From positions 1 through 12,693 of the forward strand of contig JAZDJN010000108.1 in NCBI GenBank assembly GCA_043803945.1: a stretch of 12,693 bases of DNA, written 5' to 3'. Position 1 is the first letter of the stretch, and each line of letters opens with the position of its first letter. Positions 7,548 through 12,693 of this stretch are shown in pieces. The stretch is from a bacterium. GTDB taxonomy: Bacteria > Bacteroidota > Ignavibacteria > UBA10030. The translations under genes and the position numbers were made by a program. Under the pieces are notes generated by a model. The model did no database searches. It was not told where the DNA came from and was given only the letters and a program-made list of their open reading frames with translations.

Positions 7548-9596
7548 CTAGTTCCACTTCAGAACAGCAGCCTTCACCAAATCTTCAAGAAAAAACTCAA
7601 ATCCCGTAATGCGGTCCCGACCAAACTCTGCCATTAAGACAACTTCAAGCTCGGCAATGCTGCGTTTTCCATCGATCCAATTGACAACCTCATACTTAAT
7701 ATCTTCATCGAGTGTGTAGAGCTTAGCACGCTCTTTGAGCTCTGCTTCAGTGAACGATTTAACAAAGAGCTCATCGGAAATCGGACCGCGCGTGAGCCTG
7801 ATGGGCACACGGCGATCTAATGCCAATCGAACAGAACGCTGAATCCCTGCTGGCAGTCCGACATTCGACATGAGCTGCCGAAGATAACTCTCCGACTGTA
7901 TATCGAGAATATTCTTTAACATCCCAATCGTATAAGAGACTGACTCATGATCATTGTAACTCAGAATGGAGGTGAGTGTTGCTTGTTCCCACTTGTTCAT
8001 TTGTTCCAATTTAATCCGTGCTTCATCGATCCGCATGACTCTCTCGCGACTCGACGCTGTTGTGATAAGCTGGAGAGCACTTCTTGTCGCTTCTCCAATT
8101 CTTTGTGCACATTCAGCACAGGCAAGATAGGAAAGCTCGATTGCTTGAGGATGTGTGAGATTGGCAAGATACCAGAGAGTGCCTGTTGCAATCATCTCAG
8201 CACGCTCGAGTTCCACCGGATCGACTTTATCGGGTGTATCCTCTGAAGTGTGATGGGTATAATCCGGATCATGGACAATCATTACACTCGGTACTTTGAG
8301 ATCGTTGAAGACAACGTGGTCGCTTCCACCGGAATATTCCGTTATGCGGTAGTTGAAGATCGATTGACTTCCCCTCGGTGTACGGATCTCCATGCCATCG
8401 ACCATCTGAGCCATGTTTTCGACAACAACATTAATGACGGATGGAAGCGACGGAGGTGTGCGCGTTATTACCATTGCAGAGTGAGTTAACTCCTCATTCT
8501 CACCGACCATATCCATGTTGATACCGGCGAGGCATTTCCCTCCTCGCTCAGGTCCGGCAATCTCCGGATGACCATCGATATATGCTATGGAACCGTTGAA
8601 TTCGGGCACCCAGAGAAAACGGAATGAGCGTTTAGGCTGGGGCAAGCGCTTTTCTTTAATGAGCGTGTTGAGAGATCGTGCAATATCGAGCAGTGCGGCA
8701 GAGCCGCTTGCATTATCGTTTGCAGATTCTTTCGGATGATCGAGATGTGCCGTGAGCAGTACTTCTTCATCGGACTTCTCAGATCCGCGGAGATGAGCGA
8801 CGACAATATCCATCGCATATGGTTCCAGTCCAATACCTTTTACCTGTCCGCGAAGAACGACTTTTTTCCCGGACTGCAGCAAATTCTTAAGCTTCTCCCC
8901 TTGTCTGTGAGTGAGATTAAAACCGAATGTCACACGATCAAGTTCATCAGTTCTTGGCCACATTCCAGTGTAGGCAAGCATATCCGGTTTATCCTTCGCC
9001 CGCTCATCGTCGAGGTAACACACCACTGCCTTTGCTCCATACTTTAACACAGCCAGGCGATGGACTTCTCCGCCATAGCCTGTGGCGAGGACAATCTTTC
9101 CCGTCACATCCTTACCGGTATAATCTTCATCGTTCAATCCAGAACCGACCCAAACCAGCTCGGCAGTGACATCGCCAGGATTTGAGTACGTCATTACACT
9201 CATGGCAATCTCGGGATAACCGACGATGCGCTCCTCATATGGCTCAAGCATTCTCAGCTCGCCCCACTCAATATCCCACCCCGAAGGTGATTGCCAGGTT
9301 TGATAGGCGATCTTACCGTCCGACTTGTACGATTCGATGCAGGCATCCTTTTCTGAAAAGCCCAATTTGCGCAGTTGACCGAGTACATATTGAGCGGCAG
9401 CACGATAGCCGCGGGATCCCTGAATACGATGATGCCGAGTGATCTCATAGACATGCGCCTTCGCGAGTTCACCGCTAAAAGCTTCATGGAAGAGATCGCG
9501 CGTCTTCGAATCGAGAAGGTTCCGATTGAATTGTGCTGATGCAATGAACGATGGAAGGATTAGGAGAAATAGAAGATGAGAACATATTCGAGTCAT
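7548..9596 (-). CDS. M28 family (DUF4910-like) metallopeptidase with PA domain, secreted
   Basis: AHLDH, ANDNASG, WVPE, NMDMVG, SDH and HHTSEDT metal-ligand motifs; PA insert DYTGKDVTGKIVL; signal peptide; C-terminal winged-helix-like segment (WIDGKRSIAEL). Confidence 0.88.
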   Translation of the reverse strand: MTRICSHLLFLLILPSFIASAQFNRNLLDSKTRDLFHEAFSGELAKAHVYEITRHHRIQGSRGYRAAAQYVLGQLRKLGFSEKDACIESYKSDGKIAYQTWQSPSGWDIEWGELRMLEPYEERIVGYPEIAMSVMTYSNPGDVTAELVWVGSGLNDEDYTGKDVTGKIVLATGYGGEVHRLAVLKYGAKAVVCYLDDERAKDKPDMLAYTGMWPRTDELDRVTFGFNLTHRQGEKLKNLLQSGKKVVLRGQVKGIGLEPYAMDIVVAHLRGSEKSDEEVLLTAHLDHPKESANDNASGSAALLDIARSLNTLIKEKRLPQPKRSFRFLWVPEFNGSIAYIDGHPEIAGPERGGKCLAGINMDMVGENEELTHSAMVITRTPPSLPSVINVVVENMAQMVDGMEIRTPRGSQSIFNYRITEYSGGSDHVVFNDLKVPSVMIVHDPDYTHHTSEDTPDKVDPVELERAEMIATGTLWYLANLTHPQAIELSYLACAECAQRIGEATRSALQLITTASSRERVMRIDEARIKLEQMNKWEQATLTSILSYNDHESVSYTIGMLKNILDIQSESYLRQLMSNVGLPAGIQRSVRLALDRRVPIRLTRGPISDELFVKSFTEAELKERAKLYTLDEDIKYEVVNWIDGKRSIAELEVVLMAEFGRDRITGFEFFLEDLVKAAVLKWN

Positions 9597-9852
9597 ACGA
9601 TATCCATGATTGGATTAAACATAGAGGTGAGTGTTGCCTGGAAGTGCATAAGCATGTATCTATAGATGATACGCAACCGACTTCGTTAATGACTCTCTGG
9701 CATAAATTTTAAACCGCCAAAACGCCAAGACATAAATAAGGTGCTCTGAGAATATAGAGAATGAAGAAAAGAATGGCAAAAATATAATGACTTGACTTTT
9801 ATGGGGTGAAGAGACACATTGATACCGAGAAGTCTGGTTGAGAAATGACTTT

Positions 9853-9948
9853 GCCACTGAGTCACAGAGAGCACAGAGATAGTCTTTTTGAAATATTGAG
9901 GATATAGCAAACATTTATTGATCTCAGTGAACTCTGTGTCTCCGTGGC
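9853..9948. repeat. Inverted repeat with 9-nt periodic CACAGAG arms
   Basis: GCCACTGAGTCACAGAGAGCACAGAGAT (9853-9880) and ATCTCAGTGAACTCTGTGTCTCCGTGGC (9921-9948) are 23/28 complementary, with a 40-nt spacer. Confidence 0.8.
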
Positions 9949-9974
9949 GGACTTTTCGACCGGCTCTCTAGTGA

Positions 9975-10130
9975 GAGACGAAAACACCGATCAATCTCGC
10001 ATTTACCCATCTGCAATGGATGGAGCTTATTATGGAACCACATCGATTCGATAATCCACTGGGTATACAATTCTTGAATGTCATGCTTAAGATGAGCGGT
10101 TTCTCACACTGCCTCACTCAGACGGAGCAA
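9975..10130 (-). pseudogene. intI: Integron integrase N-terminal (SAM-like) domain remnant
   Basis: Manual translation from 10130 gives LLRLSEAV*ETAHLKHDIQELYTQWIIESMWFHNKLHPLQMGKCEIDRCFRL. It matches the IntI pattern LKH...YxxWIxxxxxFHxKxHPxxMGxxEI in register. There is an in-frame TGA at 10104-10106, about 3 codons are deleted, and no catalytic domain is present. It is divergent from the cassettes, as in canonical integrons. Confidence 0.78.
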
Positions 10131-10142
10131 ACCATCAACCAA

Positions 10143-10211
10143 ATTTTACCCGCACTTGAGTCTAAGGGCTATTCAAAACGAATATTTTTTTGTCTCAAGT
10201 ACGGGTAAAAT
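10143..10211. promoter_or_regulatory. 18-bp inverted repeat in the intI-attI interval, function unknown
   Basis: ATTTTACCCGCACTTGAG (10143-10160) and CTCAAGTACGGGTAAAAT (10194-10211) are 17/18 complementary. The repeat is directly visible; a regulatory role is inference. Confidence 0.45.
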
Positions 10212-10225
10212 CCTAAACGTTAGCC
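10205..10225 (+). other. Probable attI recombination site; core G|TTAGCC at 10219 marks the start of cassette 1
   Basis: GTTAGCCGTC (10219-10228) is the exact reverse complement of GACGGCTAAC (11159-11168) at the far end of the TIR gene, as expected for an integrated circular cassette. It lies just upstream of the divergent intI remnant. Confidence 0.7.
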
Positions 10226-10249
10226 GTCGCGAAACAGCGTGGAGGCACC

Positions 10250-11149
10250 ATGATCCTTGGCCAGGTATTCGTCTCGCACTCGAGTCGAGACAAGGCGTTT
10301 GTGGAAAGATCGGTTGCGGACCTCGGAGCCAATTCGATTCCGGTTTGGTACGACAAGCTCGATCTTGGCGTTGGGGAGAGCGTACCCGGCCGCATCAATG
10401 ATGGGCTCGCCAAGTCGCGGTACTTTCTGATTGTTCTTTCCCCTGCGGCGTTGACTTCTTCATGGGTTCGAGAGGAGCTGAACGCCGGCTTGATGAAACA
10501 AGTTACTTTGGGTGGCACGTTTGTGATTCCGGTCCTCTACCAGGACTGTGAGGTGCCCCCACTGCTTGCTCATCACAGATACGTGGACTTCCGGAGCGAC
10601 TATGCGACTGGCCTCGCAGATCTTCTTGCCGTATGGGGAAAGGACAGTCAGGCCTGTTCAGCCGCAGGTCGAAGCCAGGTCTTTCCATGGCCCGACCCAG
10701 ATCAGTCAGACGCTGAGTTTGTTTACCTGCACTCCACCCGCTTCGACAAGTTCTTCAGGGTTGGCTGTTCGCTCGCTTGGACAGCAGATGCCATGCTGGA
10801 CTACTTGATTGTGACTCGCTCCCTCCCGTACCGCATGGAACAGCCGGAACTAGGAATGAAGTGGAGTTTCTCTTACAGATTAGTGTTCAACGAGCAGGCA
10901 GTTCCGCTTTCCACGAAGCTACAAGACGCCGGCATTACCCTTGGTTCGGTTCTTCAGCTCTCGATCAGCGGTACGTACGAAGACATTTATGAGAAGGAAC
11001 TGAAAAGCATGTGGGACGGTTCGAAGATATACGAGGTCATGGGCGCAATGCAGCGCGAGCAGCAGTTGAAGGCAGCCATTGCTGCGAGGGGGCCATTAAC
11101 AAAGGAACGACTCCGAGAGCTCTCGAATCGTTGCTTTTCGCATGTCTAG
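10250..11149 (+). CDS. TIR-domain protein with probable ubiquitin-like (beta-grasp) domain; integron cassette 1
   Basis: TIR motifs VFVSHSSRDK, VWYD, LSP, WVREEL (Glu76 at the NADase catalytic position), VIPV and YVDF. Residues about 157-240 resemble ubiquitin/YukD. GGAGG RBS. About 55% GC in a sampled 60-nt line. Confidence 0.88.
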   Translation: MILGQVFVSHSSRDKAFVERSVADLGANSIPVWYDKLDLGVGESVPGRINDGLAKSRYFLIVLSPAALTSSWVREELNAGLMKQVTLGGTFVIPVLYQDCEVPPLLAHHRYVDFRSDYATGLADLLAVWGKDSQACSAAGRSQVFPWPDPDQSDAEFVYLHSTRFDKFFRVGCSLAWTADAMLDYLIVTRSLPYRMEQPELGMKWSFSYRLVFNEQAVPLSTKLQDAGITLGSVLQLSISGTYEDIYEKELKSMWDGSKIYEVMGAMQREQQLKAAIAARGPLTKERLRELSNRCFSHV

Positions 11150-11161
11150 GGCCGAAGTGAC

Positions 11162-11219
11162 GGCTAACCCCTCGCTGCAGCCGGCCACCTACGGCGGCGG
11201 CTGAACTCGAACGTTAGGC
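11162..11219 (+). other. Integron attC site, 58 bp
   Basis: R'' GGCTAAC (11162-11168), 5-nt spacer, L'' GCT(G)CAGC (11174-11181) with an extrahelical base, L' GCTGAAC (11200-11206), 6-nt spacer, R' GTTAGGC (11213-11219). Confidence 0.9.
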
Positions 11220-11247
11220 AACAGGCCAAATAAAATTTTATACAATC

Positions 11248-12471
11248 TTGGATTCATTAAACGACATATTTCATAAGTCTTGGAATCAGATTATTCCTCA
11301 CCTTGCTGTGGAAATGATTACTAAGAAGATGGCTGAGCAAGGTGTAAAATTGAGTAAAAAGCAAAAGGAGTTAATAGCCACCAATCTTGCTGAGAACCAA
11401 AATGCCAACTTAAAGTTCCAAAATTGGAAATTTTGGGATCGACGCCATATCAACATTGAAATTACAAAAGAAGATGTTGCTGAAATTGAAAACAAATCAT
11501 CCGATATAACTGCAAGATCTACTGAAATCATCTTCTCTATGATAGAGAAAGTATCCGATATTCAATTATCTAAATTAAAACAAAGGTATAAAAAAATATC
11601 TCGTAAAGAACTAGGAGTCAAAAAGTCCTTTGAAAAACACGTTGCCTCATTATGGAAGGAACCAATCGATTTATTGTCTATGACTCTAGGTTTATCAAGA
11701 GATCTTGGCGAAATTATTAACAACAGATTAAGGGAAAACAATACTGTAGATAAAAAGTATTCTATGGAAATAATCACTCGTCTTCACGCCAGAGGTTGTC
11801 AGGTCATGTCAGAAATAATAACTCTTCTCTTGTCTGGGTTTGCCGATGGAGCTATGGCAAGGTGGCGGACATTACATGAAATTGCCGTAACAACATACTT
11901 CCTCACCAAATATGGCGAACCTGCAGCAGAACGATATCATTTTCATCAAATCGTTGAAACCTGCAAAGCTGCAAGGCAGTTTGAAAAATTTCGAGTCAGA
12001 TTAGGTTTTGAACCTATTCCCCAAGATGAGCTCTTAAAAATGGAAGAAGACTATAAAAAGGTTGTTGGACAATATGGGCAGGACTATTCTCATCAATATG
12101 GTTGGGCTTCAACTTTCCTAAATAATTCTAATCCCAAATTTTCTGATATTGAACAAGCTGCGAATGTCGATTATATACGACCTTATTATAAAATGGCATG
12201 TGATAATGTACATGCAACATCTACGGGTGCTTTTTTTAGGTTAGGATTGATGCCAGAATTCCAACTTTTACTTTCTGGACCATCTGACTTTGGTTTAGCT
12301 GACCCTGGCCGCAACTCTGCCTTGACGCTAGCCCAAATAAATTCTAATCTTGTATTATTGGATTCATCATTTGAATCATTAGTTGCACTCAAAATGTTAG
12401 ACTCTCTTTCAAAAGATGCTGGAGATTTGTTTATAACAGTTCAGGCAGAAATAGAAAAGGCTGTTGTCTGA
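11248..12471 (+). CDS. DUF5677-like protein; integron cassette 2
   Basis: Recalled family motifs GFADGAMARWRTLHEIAV, YGWA and RPYYKMACDNVHA. TTG start is uncertain. About 35% GC in a sampled 60-nt line. The stop codon overlaps an attC R''-like box. Confidence 0.7.
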   Translation: MDSLNDIFHKSWNQIIPHLAVEMITKKMAEQGVKLSKKQKELIATNLAENQNANLKFQNWKFWDRRHINIEITKEDVAEIENKSSDITARSTEIIFSMIEKVSDIQLSKLKQRYKKISRKELGVKKSFEKHVASLWKEPIDLLSMTLGLSRDLGEIINNRLRENNTVDKKYSMEIITRLHARGCQVMSEIITLLLSGFADGAMARWRTLHEIAVTTYFLTKYGEPAAERYHFHQIVETCKAARQFEKFRVRLGFEPIPQDELLKMEEDYKKVVGQYGQDYSHQYGWASTFLNNSNPKFSDIEQAANVDYIRPYYKMACDNVHATSTGAFFRLGLMPEFQLLLSGPSDFGLADPGRNSALTLAQINSNLVLLDSSFESLVALKMLDSLSKDAGDLFITVQAEIEKAVV

Positions 12472-12490
12472 CCAGCAACTCAAGCGGACG
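12461..12490 (+). other. Degenerate attC, left half only
   Basis: CTGTTGTCTGAC (12461-12472) matches the reverse complement of the cassette start GTTAGGCAACAG (11213-11224) at 10/12. It is followed by a 5-nt spacer and an L''-like ACTCAAGC (12478-12485). AAC is changed to GAC and no L'/R' half was found. Confidence 0.65.
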
Positions 12491-12532
12491 GAATGAGCGT
12501 TAGTATGTTAAGCATGGCTAATAGAGGTTCAG

Positions 12533-12693
12533 ATGTTTAATAATAAACTTTTCAGAATGACATATGAAAATGTTGTTGCCCTTCGAGCAGTAATCAGTCA
12601 GGATGCTATGACCGCTGATTGGGCACCATTGCCTCATGACCTCCTGAGTACCATTGCTAATCGTATTGTTAATGAGGTGCCAAGGATAAATAG
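12533..12693 (+). pseudogene. guaA: Orphan GMP synthase C-terminal fragment, running off the right edge
   Basis: [53 protein letters not shown] matches the GuaA tail (TYxxxVALRAV...D.MTADW..LP...L..I.NRI.NEV..INRV) from TYEN onward. An in-frame TAA at 12509-12511 rules out an upstream continuation. Confidence 0.85.

Noticed and set aside
7165-7551. 128-aa plus-strand ORF, and likewise 4609-4800, 4838-5023, 6866-7222 and 9660-9914
   Set aside because: They run through REP/MITE sequence and look like translations of repeats.
270-9544. Many plus-strand and alternate-frame ORFs overlapping the minus-strand genes (e.g. 873-1580, 2334-2945, 3400-3915, 5797-6555)
   Set aside because: Shadow ORFs of well-supported genes, with no recognisable motifs.
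10020-10208. 62-aa plus-strand ORF upstream of the TIR gene
   Set aside because: It lies antisense to the intI remnant and across the inverted repeat, with no protein-like motifs. A leader-peptide role cannot be excluded.
10133-10225. Reading the 10143-10211 hairpin plus flanking AAC/GTT as an attC
   Set aside because: Spacers are 3 and 7 nt, there are no extrahelical bases and R'' does not fit. The position next to intI favours attI.
10250-12471. TIR plus downstream gene as a two-gene Thoeris-like operon
   Set aside because: They sit on separate cassettes with an attC between them and very different GC content. The second protein shows no SIR2, SLOG or Macro features.
12499-12513. GTTAGTA or GTTAAGC as the R' box of the second attC
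   Set aside because: They are too close to R'' (under about 50 bp total) and no L' complementary to ACTCAAGC precedes them.
1-12693. CRISPR array, tRNA or rRNA genes
   Set aside because: No regularly spaced direct repeats and no tRNA- or rRNA-like sequence were seen; the repeats are inverted and heterogeneous.

Overview
Bacterial chromosomal window with two parts. Left (135-9596, all minus strand): housekeeping and peptidase genes, namely an M28/DUF4910-like peptidase, an M1 aminopeptidase with a downstream membrane protein, and a tight run of class I fumarate hydratase, ATL alkyltransferase-like protein, ybaK and a D-2-hydroxyacid dehydrogenase. The dehydrogenase is cut off by a probable IS701-family insertion at the left edge. 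The spacers hold nested REP/REPIN-like palindromes and MITE-like elements. Right (about 9975-12693): a decayed integron that the ORF track does not show. It consists of a divergent intI N-terminal pseudogene fragment, an attI-like core site, cassette 1 (TIR domain fused to a ubiquitin-like domain) with an intact 58-bp attC, and cassette 2 (DUF5677-like protein) with a broken attC, followed by an orphan guaA 3' fragment. The best candidate for an undescribed system is the TIR-ubiquitin-like cassette, a possible anti-phage gene. All family calls come from motif recognition by eye; no searches were run.
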